Positions 36,401-48,255 of a stretch of DNA of 64,000 nt are shown in pieces. This DNA is from Hormiphora californensis (Eukaryota > Animalia > Ctenophora), in assembly GCA_020137815.1 (NCBI GenBank), contig CM035358.1, positions 186,001-250,000 on the forward strand, given 5' to 3'. The notes beneath the pieces were generated by a model. That model saw only the letters and a list, made by a program, of their open reading frames with translations, was not told the origin of the DNA and searched no databases. Positions within the stretch are counted from its first letter, which is position 1; each line of letters starts with the position of its first letter. Both the position numbers and the translations under genes were made by a program.

Positions 36401-39400
36401 CTACAGGCAAAAATTGTCAATACCCGCTGCAATTTCAAATATTTCTGAATGCAACTGAAAAGTAAGGAGTAATCAATGCGCTGGCAAAGGCAACTATAAT
36501 AGTGGTCGTTTTTATTCCTCCCCTCATGCAATATACTGTTTGGTAGATTGAGCCCTCTTCTAACTGGTTCAGTTGAGAAAAGCAGCTCGGTCGATTCCTG
36601 GTATTAATGATATTTATTGTCAGGTGTGTTGCTATTAAAGACATTAATACACAAAAAGTATCCGTCGAGTACGCCACTATTGCAAGTCCTCAAAGAATGA
36701 TGATCATGTCGGCATTGGTAGGTTTTATCTAATGTGATAATTTCATTCATGACAGCTCCCTGCCTGGGAGAGGTTAACCCGATCTGATCTAAATTCTTCC
36801 ACAGTTGACAGATGTTGAGGCATTAGACTACGTGGTGGCAGTCCTGCAGACTAGCGACAACTCACTCTCTGTCCAGTTTACTCCCCAGAATGACATCTCA
36901 ACAAACCCTCAAACATTTGTGTACCATGTGAAGGTCATTGACCTGACTAAATTATACAACACTCTGGAATTACGTTTGAACAAGACTTACTCTAGCTCCG
37001 ATGGAAACACGGTTGAGTTAGTATTGGATGATGAAACTATATGGACTGATTCAACAGGGTCAGGGCCGGCATCAAAACGATTCAATTCAATATCCGCTTT
37101 CCAAGTTGGAGGGAGTTCAAACTGCATTGGAAAGTTTGGTGGTTTAGCGGAGGACTTCTACGGTGCTTTTAAAGGCGTTTTTTATGGAGAAGATAGGGCA
37201 ACAATAGAACAAATCATAAAATCAGGTGTGTACACTGTTAGGAGAATTACAGTCGAACCCCAATTTACCGGGCCCCGTTTTATCGGAACCCCGATTTACC
37301 GGGAGTATTAAAGTGAGAGTGGACCGGATCAGAATTGGACAAGTTTGTTGTAGAATGTAGGTAGTAGAGATTAGCTTTCTGAGCATTTTGCGTTTTTGCC
37401 GCTCAAAATCGACCCACCCATCACTGAGATATTTTTTTTTATGTTGGAAGAATTCCTGCTGGATCAATATTTATCAAACAGGATAGAAACAATCCTTGTG
37501 TTTTACTAACACATTCTTTAAATTTTTAATATGCTGGCTTCCATTGCCCTGCTTCTATGCATGGACATGTCAACCTCACTGCTTATATTCAGAATGTGTT
37601 AGTAAAACACCACGATTGTTTCTACCCTGTTTTATACATACTAATTAAGGGTACACCTGGCGTTTTTCATCATCGAGTGCCCAACCAAATGACTTCACCA
37701 GGGTTTAGGCCATACAAAATGGACCTCAAATATGCAATTTTAGCCCTAAAGTCGAGTTCATATTTTTGCTACAGCCTATTTTCAAATCGGCGTTTTTTCA
37801 ATTTTTGTTGAAATTTTTAACCTCAGGACCACTTTTTTTGAGATAGAAACATTAAATTCTTGGAATTTGAAGAGAATATGAAGGTAAATAAGCCCAAAGA
37901 AGGATTTTTGAAATGGAGCTTATTTCTGGCCATGAGAACGGTTTACTTTTTTGCGTCTTTGACACGCTGGCTGAGAATGTTCCCATGCTTCATTAGAGAT
38001 GAAAATCTGGAAATAGTTGCCCAAAACGATTATCTATGTGGCCCAAAAATTTTGGAACTTTCCCGCCAAAGATGTGGTGTACAGGGCTTGTTTTGTGAAA
38101 CCCGTCTTTTTGAAAAAGAGGGAAATTCCCTGTATCTCAAAAACGGATGATCGTAGAGACCTGGGACTAAGCTTAATCGATTCAGAAGGTCCGATTTTGG
38201 GGGGGTCTTCTGAGAGACATTTTGCTCCTACTCCAACCGTTTTTGCTGTAATTGCAAAAAACCAATTCTATGAAAAGGGGGAACAACTCTATTCCAGCAG
38301 CCCGCTTCGGGCTGATTTCCCCCTTACTTGCTGATACCTTTTTCGCAATTACAGCAAAAACGGTTGGAGTAGGAGTAAAATGTCTCTCAGAAGACCCCCC
38401 CAAAATCGGACCTTCTGAATCGATTAAGCTTGGTCCCAGGTCTCTACGATCATCCGTTTTTGAGATACAGGGAATTTCCCTCTTTTTCAAAAAGACGGGT
38501 TTCACAAAACAAGCCCTGTACACCACATCTTTGGCGGGAAAGTTCCAAAATTTTTGGGCCACATAGATAATCGTTTTGGGCAACTATTTCCAGATTTTCA
38601 TTTCTAATGAAGCATGGGAACATTCTCAGCCAGCGTGTCAAAGACGCAAAAAAGTAAACCGTTCTCATGGCCAGAAATAAGCTCCATTTCAAAAATCCTT
38701 CTTTGGGCTTATTTACCTTCATATTCTCTTCAAATTCCAAGAATTTAATGTTTCTATCTCAAAAAAAGTGGTCCTGAGGTTAAAAATTTCAACAAAAATT
38801 GAAAAAACGCCGATTTGAAAATAGGCTGTAGCAAAAATATGAACTCGACTTTAGGGCTAAAATTGCATATTTGAGGTCCATTTTGTATGGCCTAAACCCT
38901 GGTGAAGTCATTTGGTTGGGCACTCGATGATGAAAAACGCCAGGTGTACCCTTAAACAGGAGTTCTCCCAACATAACAAAAATATCTCAGTGATGGGTGG
39001 GTCGATTTTGAGCGGCAAAAACGCAAAATGCTCAGAAAGCTAATCTCTACTACCTAGAACAAACTTGTCCAATTCTTATTCGGCCCACTCTCACTTTAAC
39101 TTCCCTGATAGAGGAAATTAACTTTATTTGACCCCGATATACCGGGCACCCCGATTTACCGGGCAAAACCATTCCCCGAGTATCCCGGAAAATCGGGCTC
39201 CTAATGTAACTAGTTCACTGGATCATAAGCTACGTGATACTTTCATGTTCACAGTTTTTAGACAAGAATAGTCAAAATCCTACAGAGTATTTAGCTCCTA
39301 GAAGAATTTTCTAAATCAATAAAGCTAAACTGAATTGATACAGCACCTAACTCCGATCATTTGAGCTGTGTTTTCAGGAATAACGAAGACGACACCGTTG

Positions 39401-42400
39401 TCTTGTTCTACAGTGATCTGTGAAAATAATGAAGGTTGTACGATGGATGCAATCGAACGACCTATCTGTAAATGTAAAGGTAGGTCGAGTAGACTAGAAC
39501 AAAAAACAAAGAAACATTGTTTGGAACCCCCGTGGCCTTGTGTAGATCCTTGACGCTGAGGGTAATTCTTGTGTGATGAAGGTGTAAAAAACTGAGGGGA
39601 CACTTTTCTTAATTATATCACGCTGCCTCCATACATGCATGCTCCCGCATACGCAGATTTAAAATTTTACCGTGTAAGTGGTTGCGCGTAGCGGGAGTGA
39701 TATTTGTACTACTCTACCTATCTTTCTCTTTCTCTGTCTCTCTCTATCTCTCATCTGCCTAACTTAGGCCCCTACCAATAATTTATTTTAGATGGTTACG
39801 ACGGTCCTGGCTGTTCAATGATTCAACAAATGTCTTTCAACGGCTACAGTAGCCTTTACGAGTTGGATTTGGAACCTCACACCTCTCTCGGGAATGATAA
39901 TCTTATCAGTGAAATGATCATTGCCTTTGGTAAGTTTCAAAATAAGGGTATCTGTTATCACATTTCTGTTCAATGGGGCCATTGGAAAGAGTGTTGAACA
40001 CTGAAAATCATTCCAAATCCGGTGGTCATATTAACTAGACAAGCAGTTGCGAAATTAACTGAAGCTCCTAAATCTTTTGTTTCAGATGTCCACATTGACA
40101 CTACGGAGAAAGAAAGTGGTCCTATCTTAAAAGTGACGAGCACATCTGATTGCGATTTCTCCCTTAAAAGTAACTAATTATTATTGATTATTAAAGTTAA
40201 ACATGAGTCAACTCCCTTTCTCCCCTGAGGAGTTTGTACATTTTTATTACCGTCCTCAGACTCAGAGAGCGAGAGAGAGAGAGCGGGAGAGAGAGAAAGA
40301 GCGAGAGTCTGCTACTTGGTAACTCATAGTAAGAGGGCGTAGCCGGAGTTCTATAAGTTACGATGTGACACAACAGGCATGACATGCCACGTCGCCACGA
40401 AAAAAGCGTAAAGAAGTGAGAAGAATTCCTTTTGCTGAACCCCCCCCCCCCCCCACCGATTGGTATGTCCGTGTTTCTCCGCCCTGTGGTCGTGTCTGCA
40501 GACCTCTTGTTGCTGCTGTTAGTATAAAAGGTAGCTGACTCCAAATGGCTACCGAATGACTCTACCTTGCACCTCCCCTGGTGAAATACCATCTTATTGT
40601 CAACTACCCAAGATTGTAGACTGTGAGCTGTCCACTGTGAGCTGCAGGTCTAAATGTTGCTGCAGGCAGGCGACCTTACTCCAAACTTTCAGTGAGAGAT
40701 AGATATACATTTACCGGATTTATCTGGATCTCATCACAGAGAGACTAGATATAGAATATAGAGGGACAGATAGGAAGAGAGAGGGGGATATTTCTTTAAA
40801 TTGCCTGTGTGTTGCATGCCTCAAGTGTATATTCACAATCACCTGAGATCATTAGATGAACTCTATAGCACCGCTGGAAACACGCCTTACACACGCCCTT
40901 ACACTTACAGCCACTTAATCTCCCAATGGTAATCTAATACTGTTTCAGCGAGAAAAGATGGCAATCAGCAGGTGTTCTTCTTTGCTGACGATCCAAATAG
41001 CACTACAGTTGACTCCAAAATAACTCTGGTGTTTAATGGAAAAACGGTTAAATTTGGACAACTACAGTCAAAAAGTTGTGTTTATGAGACAACGTTACCA
41101 CCGCTTAAGGTTAGAATTATGACTTGGGAGTTGTGGATTAGCTAGGCCAGGTCTAACGTCCAATGCTTCCTTGGTCGATCCTCGATCTAATTAAGGCATA
41201 GGGAGCTATGCTCGCGGAAAATTTGTAGTGAGGGCTGTTAAATTAAGATATAGGTAGTCTGTAGTCTGACTCGACTCCCGTTCACTCCTAAATCCCGACA
41301 TTTGCTTTCAAAATATTTCCTAATTAATCAGGTAACGTTTGGAGGTGAATCAGATAATGACACAGCGCCTAGCAACTTCCATGGCTGCTTGGATAACTTC
41401 AAGTTTACCGTTGGTGGGATAACTAGTGGGAGCATCCTGAGAAATACAAAGAGTGTAAAGAGTGTAAAGGTGGATGAGTGTGTGACTGATTACGTGCCAC
41501 CCAACCCATGCACACCCAGTTCTTGCAATAAGCAAAAGTGTGAACCTAATCCATTCGATTACACAGGTAACTTCGCGGGCACCTTTATGTTGCACTTGGA
41601 TAAAATTCATTTTCCGCAATCCGTATGTGCAGTGTCATATTAATGACAACATTGTGAAGCCGGGACTTGTTACCCAAAAGCTTATAAATAAGCAATAAAT
41701 AGTGTTACACGCTGATGAATGGTATCAGCTATGTATAATACCTCCCCACGATATTTTTCAGTTTTATGTTCCTGTACGGCACCAATGGAGGGTGATGCAC
41801 AGTGTGCTCGGAAAAAATACTGTGAGCTTGATCTAGCGGAGGGAGGATGCCAAGATGCGTCTACTAAAAAGTGCTATGAAATTATGGAAAATAACCTTGA
41901 TAGCTGCAAAGATATTTCCGGGTTGCAGCCTGATACCTGTGCAGAGATACTGAAAAAGCCTGTCTGGTATTACTATTGTGATTGTAAAGAGGGATACACA
42001 GGAGATCAGTGCACTACAAAAGAAGAACGTAAGAATTATTAGGGTGATTCATAATGATTTTCGCTAGGTACTTCTGGATCGCTAGTGATGATAGAGACCA
42101 AAAATTTCTACAGGATCTTTTAGTTTGGACTATTTGTTAACCCTAAGACCATGTTTAAAGTTTTCAATGACAAAATTTTACCGGTGACGGACTATTTATG
42201 AAGTTCAGTTTTGTTCCGGTCTCACAACCCAAATTTCAGTCCTTGGTTTTAACCCTGTAGAGGCCGTAAATTGATTCCAATGGATCCAGGACTTTTTATA
42301 GGGGAAGAAAGACATCTTTTTGGGACATTTGTGTAAAAATTAAATCTAAATCCAATTTTCACGTTTTATTTTGTGGGCTATTTTTAGAAATTGGTCAAAA

Positions 42401-43427
42401 ACCCATTTTTTCACTTTAAAAGGCTGTCACCACGGACCTGGTTGGTCTTTTGCCAAGATTGAAAGCTCAAATTGTAAATTAAGCTTAGCTCTACATGATC
42501 CTAAAGTTATTTGGCGGTTTTGGATGTCTTAGAAGGCCTAAAATTGAAGTTCAAAAATGTTGCCCGAAAACAGGTGATTTGAAATCACATTTTTTGCCAC
42601 TTTTTGGGCGATTTTTAGCACCCTACTCCAATCCAGCAACTTTTTCGGCTCAAAATGGGTTGTTTCCGATGACAACTGATAGAATGGACTACCTTATGTG
42701 TGAAAACGGCTAATTCTCAAAAAATTTACTTGCATTTTGACCATATTTTGATACGGGAGACGGCATAGTGGCCAACCACTAGAAAACGGGCTATAGCCTT
42801 TGGAAGAAAAATAGACTGGTCCCTAAAAATGGTGTCGTGAGATCAAAATTTCGTGCTGAACAAGTTCCTGTAAAAAATTTAGGGCTCGGATGAACGAAAC
42901 CCCGAAAAAATAGCTAGCGAAAATCATTATGAATCACTCTAGTAATTCCAAATTTACAGATTGTAGAACTGAAACTGTTATCTACTCCGCTAGCAAACTT
43001 TAAACATCATGGAACGAATTTTGAGCAATTCAGTCTTACTGAACTAGATATCCCCAGATGGAAAATTAACATATTTATATTGCAGCTGTTATAAATGAGA
43101 AAAGTGATCAAACTACGATAATAGTTGTGGTTGTTATTGTCGCGATTGTTTTAATACTCGTCGTTATTGTCCTGCTGGTGCGAAGAAGAAAGGAGCAAGG
43201 CTCTTCTGGAGGTAAAGTTGCCCACTATGTTCATTCATTTGATTAATCTGGGCTCGACCATGTACATGTAACAGTAAAGTTTTTTAAATTTTTCAGATAC
43301 GTATAGTCCACGGGCAATCGAGAAAGAAATTGAGTTGAGTCCTCCTTCAGCTAAAACAGATGACGTCCTTAACATTTATGATGACCCGGAGATAATACGA
43401 AATCCCAATGTGGAAAGGTTAATCTAG
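20684..43427 (+). CDS. CRB: Crumbs-like type I membrane protein (Sushi-EGF-Sushi-EGFx3-LamG-EGF-LamG-EGFx2-TM-Crumbs tail), 5' end not found
   Basis: GT-AG, phase-compatible exons: 20684-20872, 27120-27350, 30658-30729, 35650-35729, 36020-36162, 36294-36461, 36624-36717, 36805-37225, 39378-39479, 39792-39929, 40086-40169, 40949-41109, 41332-41566, 41762-42028, 43086-43211, 43297-43427. They give about 880 codons with no internal stop, ending DTYSPRAIE...NVERLI-stop. Confidence 0.88.
21169..22496 (-). mobile_element. Merlin/IS1595-family DNA transposon, internally deleted
   Basis: GG...CC termini, long TIRs with a (gaggacacatt)n minisatellite, 8-bp TSD GATTTTTT (21161-21168, 22497-22504). The empty site is visible in the host-MITE paralog at 30152-30323. 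Confidence 0.9.
21974..22324 (-). pseudogene. Merlin (ISXO2-like) DDE transposase, C-terminal fragment
   Basis: ILPGTIIITDGWAAY..L...GYTHFTVNHSTNFV...TGAHTNAIEGLW. Confidence 0.9.
22980..23434 (+). mobile_element. 5'-truncated LINE (C-terminal CCHC zinc knuckle, 3' hairpin, (GAA)n tail)
   Basis: CAACGMEDETIKHVLTECPAL; hairpin ctggctagtgc-ttc-gcactagccag; TSD GAATCCGCTAAT at 22968-22979 and 23435-23446. Confidence 0.85.
23962..26700. mobile_element. Composite TIR element with about 196-bp tandem repeats (24147-24730) and nested inverted pairs
   Basis: gttgacaagatacctaaaact...tcgtattttttcgatttatcatt is mirrored at 26637-26690; inner inverted arms at about 24885-25070 and 26238-26440. Boundaries are approximate. 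Confidence 0.65.
25709..25787. mobile_element. 79-bp micro-transposon with an 8-bp TSD
   Basis: AGTAAGGC-CTGTCAGAGCATTGGCCTGAC...GTCAGAGCATTGGCCTGACAG-AGTAAGGC. Confidence 0.8.
26758..27086. mobile_element. Penelope-like inverted pLTR remnant with a hammerhead-ribozyme core
   Basis: Inverted arms at about 26761-26890 and 26900-27029; CTGATGA-t-GACGT-taa-ACGTC-GAAAC-c-GTC at 26937-26966; 12-bp TSD AAAGAATATTTA (26746-26757, 27087-27098). Confidence 0.75.
27359..27454. repeat. (ACACAT)n microsatellite
   Basis: Direct reading. Confidence 0.95.
27710..28975 (-). mobile_element. 5'-truncated CR1-group LINE (RT C-terminal half, ORF 27863-28885)
   Basis: [49 protein letters not shown]; (TTA)n tail at about 27710-27730. 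Confidence 0.92.
29871..30603. mobile_element. Mariner-like MITE (CAGGGTG ends, TA TSD) with a nested cagtcggacccc MITE (30152-30323)
   Basis: cagggtgttcattttggatctt / aagatccaaaatgaacaccctg. Confidence 0.85.
30754..30951. mobile_element. TA-flanked MITE
   Basis: gggatccctaaaaaagttcagtatttacacagcgtttacaccag and its reverse complement. Confidence 0.85.
31296..32402. mobile_element. TA-flanked TIR element
   Basis: TIR of more than 100 bp: ccgcgcggcccaaaaaaaactaagggtacgttggcc... mirrored at 32285-32402. Confidence 0.85.
33507..34205 (-). mobile_element. 5'-truncated CR1-group LINE 3' end
   Basis: LYKSLVRSKLEYCCPLW...SLQRRRERY...RLWNTLP; (TTACAAGA)n tail. Confidence 0.9.
33670..33692. mobile_element. 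23-bp solo form of the micro-transposon, 8-bp TSD
   Basis: GCATCCTC-CTGTCAGGCCAATGCTCTGACAG-GCATCCTC. Removing it restores the CR1 C-terminal KRMPDRPPVPGY. Confidence 0.8.
34687..35527. mobile_element. gggtaaaccggggc-family foldback MITE
   Basis: Long inverted arms, TA-flanked. Confidence 0.85.
36805..37225 (+). CDS. Crumbs-like gene exon: Laminin-G-like domain 1
   Basis: Beta-rich sequence ending FQVGG...FYGAFKGVF; acag acceptor and g/gtgtgt donor. Confidence 0.75.
37250..39206. mobile_element. Triple-nested MITE stack in a Crumbs-like intron
   Basis: TA-cagtcgaacccc MITE (37250-39206) contains a TTAA-AGTGAGAG element (37312-39095), which contains a TTAA-GGGTACAC foldback (37649-38951). 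Confidence 0.88.
41332..41566 (+). CDS. Crumbs-like gene exon: end of LamG 2 and start of EGF
   Basis: VTFGG...NFHGCLDNFKF...NPCTPSSCNKQKC. Confidence 0.85.
42042..42939. mobile_element. TA-flanked TIR element filling a Crumbs-like intron
   Basis: gggtgattcataatgattttcgctag / ctagcgaaaatcattatgaatcactc. Confidence 0.8.
43086..43211 (+). CDS. Crumbs-like gene exon: transmembrane helix
   Basis: IIVVVVIVAIVLILVVIVLLV followed by the stop-transfer RRRK. Confidence 0.9.
43297..43427 (+). CDS. CRB: Crumbs-like gene last exon: FERM-binding motif and ERLI PDZ-binding motif
   Basis: DTYSPRAIEKEIELSPPSAKTDDVLNIYDDPEIIRNPNVERLI-stop. Confidence 0.9.
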
Positions 43428-45864
43428 CTGGATCTCTATTAGGATGTACAATGCTCAACTAATCATTGCTGGACAATCAGAAACTAATCTTTACAGGGAT
43501 CAATTGAGCGATTTTATTTTGATTCGCATGACAGAAGTATATAGTAGCATGATTTTTAAGTTTGTTTGATTTTTCTAATTTCACCTTTTTTACAACTTAT
43601 AATATAGATATTGCGCTGGTAAGCGCCTGCATCTAGGTACTTGGCATGGTACCAGTCTCGCTGCCATTGCCAAAAAAGCAACAAAAAGAATGATATAACA
43701 TATCACTTATAGGGCTAGGATTTTGGGATTCTTAGTTCGATTTTTTTCCGGCGTGGTCAGCACTCCAATTTTTCGATTGTTCGAGTTTTCAATAAGTGAA
43801 GGATGAGATTAGCAGGAAAATTCATGTGGTAGTTCGGTGTGCATGAAGGGTACCACCCAACTAAAAGTTACTATGCACTGACGTGACGTTACGCGATTTA
43901 TACCACGCTCGAATTACTATTTCAAATCCGAGATTTCTAAACCCTGTATGATCTTTTTAGCACACGTGTGTGCTCATGACCTGTATGTGCTCATGTATGT
44001 GCTCATGAGGCATATTTCATCGAACCTTAGGGTTAAGGGAAACTCTAACTGAATGGCATCCCATTAATGGGATCCCATCAACAGTAAAACTATAATGGAC
44101 CACAGTTATGGTTCTTTCTCTGTATTCTCTCTGTAGGCAGTACATTGGGCATTCCCGGGCGCGGGCACGAACACAGAAAGAATAGTCTGTACAGAGAAAG
44201 AACCATCACTGTGGTCCATTATCAGTTAAAGTTTTACTGTTGATGGGAGTGCCATTCAGTTAGAGTTTCCCCTTAGGATTAGGCTTAGGGGTAGATTTAG
44301 GGCCGGGTTCCGGTTCCAGTTAGGGTACGAATCCAACCACTAGGCCTAGGGGTTAACCTCGACCAATTATAATATGTCTAGGGATTAATCCTTAACCCTC
44401 ACCCTATAACTTAAGGTTAGTATTGGGATGGGGGTTAGGGTTTGGCTCCATTGCAACCTATTCTCGCTCCGCGAAGAATAGGCTCCCGCTCTGTCATGGA
44501 CAGCAAGAACTCACGTGTGCGCGATGTAAAGCACGTTTGTCAGCAAATCATGTGCGACAGACTGTTTTGGGAGACCTTTTTTAGCTGACCTAGCACTACT
44601 CAAACGTCAATTACCGCCTCATTTCGCATCGTGATGAATCGGCGGGTTTTTTCCCATGCTCACAAGGCCATGACGATTCACCCAGTACCCGCAGATTGTC
44701 CCAGGACCGAGTAAGAGCTTGCAGAATTGCTCATGTTTAGCGTCAATTTTGACCCACTATTCCTTTAATGCTGATACTTGCGGGTATTTTCCGTAAAACT
44801 AGAGACAATTATCTGTCAGGAGCAACAAACGAGATGCAAATCGGTTCAGTAGTTCCTTGCAGCCAGGTCTTTGAAAAAGTTTGCTCTAAAATCAATAACA
44901 GAGCGGAGGCCTGTATGTGAGATTCGCTGGCACTCCTTCAAATGTCAGCAATATGATCCTCTCTGAAATATAAAATTTGGGATAGAAATTATCCTTGTGT
45001 TTTAGGAGATTGTATAATCTTTGTGCGTGATAGCTTAAAAAGTGCTAACAACCCAATCAAATTACGTGTGGAGGCGCCGCGTGGGTACATATATATAGGT
45101 ACCATCGCGGGACAAAAGTACCCGTACTTTTTGTGAGTTGCTCTGTAGTTTCTGTTTGGCCGATTTTATTTTTCCAAAAATTGCCAGTTATAGTTAGGTT
45201 TTTTTCAAGAAATTCATTATCTTATTGATTAAATTGTCAAATTTATCACACTGGGGCAAATTTTTTTCACCTCTCTGGGGCAAAGTGGGACACCCTGGAG
45301 CTTTGGAAGAACTCGACATTATTCTTCTAGCCTCTTTTAGCTCGAAAAAGGATAGCACATAGTATGAGAGTTCAGGGCGTTTATAAAGTTTATAAAATGT
45401 TTTAAAATGTCTGGGTTGTCGTTTGTTTTCGGTGTATCTGCTATACAATTAACATTTACCAAAGTTTCTTTGATAATGAAATTTTACATTTTAGAAAGTT
45501 TATATCTTCCATGAAGAATAATGTGCTGATTTTTACCATTTTTTTACAAGTTGAGCTATGTATGATAATATTATTGATTCATCTATTAATCCTGAAGGCT
45601 ATGCTGAGTTTATCATTGAAAATAATATATAAATTATACTGTGTGATTTTAAATGACTGAGACTGGTGTATCGCAAACTGGGTGAATACTTCGACTTCAA
45701 ATTTTGGGACACGATGTAGCAATTTTCTCCTAGTGTTACTTACTCAACAAAGTTTTACAGCAAATTTCAATGTTCCAGAATGAATCTATTGCCACAAATC
45801 CTTCTCCAACTTTACACGGTCATATCTCTGGAGTCTAAATTAGACTCTACACGGTGTCCCTTAA

Positions 45865-46490
45865 GGACGTTCAACCTCGACCGAGCTCCCGAGCAAAACG
45901 AACGGTTGTGTGACCTAAAGGGGACCTCTGGGAACTACGCAGGGCCGTGGGGGAAAGATATAAAGGTATCTAAAGGAGAAAATCGCATTTAGGGCAAAAA
46001 AGCGCAAATAAAACCCAAAAACGCCATTTTAACAATGTTGCCGTGGATTTAGAGTTCCAATTCCAGCGGCAATCGATTCGGCGTTTTAAAAAAAACCCTG
46101 GGCCGGGGTGACTTGATTTTGGTCGAAAAAAGTAGATTGGAAAATTTGGAATATAGAATTTGGTCATTTTTCTCACACTACATTCCAAATTTTCCAATCC
46201 ATTTTTTCGACCAAAATCAAGTCACCCTAGGGTTTTTTGACACGCCGAATCGATTGCCGCTGGAATTGGAACTCTAAATCCACGGCAACATAGTTAAAAT
46301 TTGTATTTTTCAGCAGCACAAGTTAAAATGGCGTTTTTTGGGTTTATTTGCGTTTTTTTGCCCTAATGCAATTTTCTCCTTTGGATACCTTTATATCTTT
46401 TCCCCCACGGTCCTGCGTAGTTCCCAGAGGTCCCCTTTAGGTCACACAACCGTTCGTTTTGCTCGGGAGCTCGGTCGAGGTAGAACGTCC
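45865..46490. mobile_element. Foldback MITE
   Basis: ggacgttcaacctcgaccgagctcccgagcaaaacg mirrored at 46455-46490; arms of about 300 bp. Confidence 0.85.
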
Positions 46491-46524
46491 GTGTCTAATG
46501 AGATAGATACATAGTTCAGATTTT

Positions 46525-47251
<727 letters not shown>

Positions 47252-48255
47252 CAAGAATTATTGCATTATGTATTCATAATGCGGTGTTTCCCTGCCAAAT
47301 GGATTTAAAATTGATGACTAAGCTTCAAAACTGGATTTCCTGATGAATTTTGTGCTCAGAGAGCATTTTTTGGCTGATGCGATGTTAGTTACTAAGGTAG
47401 CTAGGTAAGTTGCTATGGTAACCAAAGGCAGTTGCTATGGTAACCAAGTCTGTTGCTTAGGAGACCCCAGTTGGTTACCAAGTGCTTCAACTTTAATCGC
47501 ATCTTAACTCGAGTCACTAGTGTGAAAGTAGTTTCATGCTTGAAAGACGTTCTATCACTTCATAGCATGGCTGTAGGGCGAACAAAGTGATTTCAGGTGA
47601 TAGTGGGAAGTGCTATCAGCGAGTAATTGTGCGCCACAATGTGTGTTAATCATTTCCTTTGTTGAATCAACGAAGCGTGAGATGAAATTTTTATGAAGGA
47701 GCAGCCTTGTTGTTAGGCGTTGTCCGTGACGGACGGACACTTTTAGTTAACTACACAATCTGCTGATTTCTAAACCCCGAATGATCTTTTTAGCACGTGC
47801 GTGCTAAAAAGATCATCCAGGGTGATTGCCTTCGGCAATCACCCGGGCAGGGAAAAAATCTGAATTCTTTTTCTCATTATACACTAGAGATATAGCCTTG
47901 TAAAGTTGGTAAGCGGTAAAGGTTGACCCGTTTCCTGAGAATTTTAAACGGTTTTGGCCATAGTATTCACACAATTTGCGATATACCAGTCTCAGTCATG
48001 TAAAATCACATAGCAATACAAAAATATAATTCATTTTCAATTCATTTTGCTGTTGCTAATCCAACCAATTGTTTGTTTTGATTGTATATTCTTCTGTTAC
48101 CATGTAGTAGCAGCAGAAGTTGATATGAAGTTGATCGTTGGATCCACATTATATAAACCCTAAATCTGAGTCTAGGCAATATGTAATGTGAGGTGGAACG
48201 TGTCAGTGACAATGTTACACTAAAGTTATAATTTGTTTTAATCAATATCGTTTCC

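Noticed and set aside
37557-38974. Mirror-image ORF pairs (MEFEENMK..., MPKTIIYV...)
   Set aside because: By-products of a foldback element inside an intron; no protein motifs.
40500-40585. KVADSKW segment as an additional LamG exon
   Set aside because: No phase-compatible acceptor without a stop; exon 40086-40169 already joins 40949 in frame.
44275-44445. TTAGGG-like motifs (also at 57550-57592)
   Set aside because: Scattered degenerate units typical of repeat interiors, not a telomeric array.
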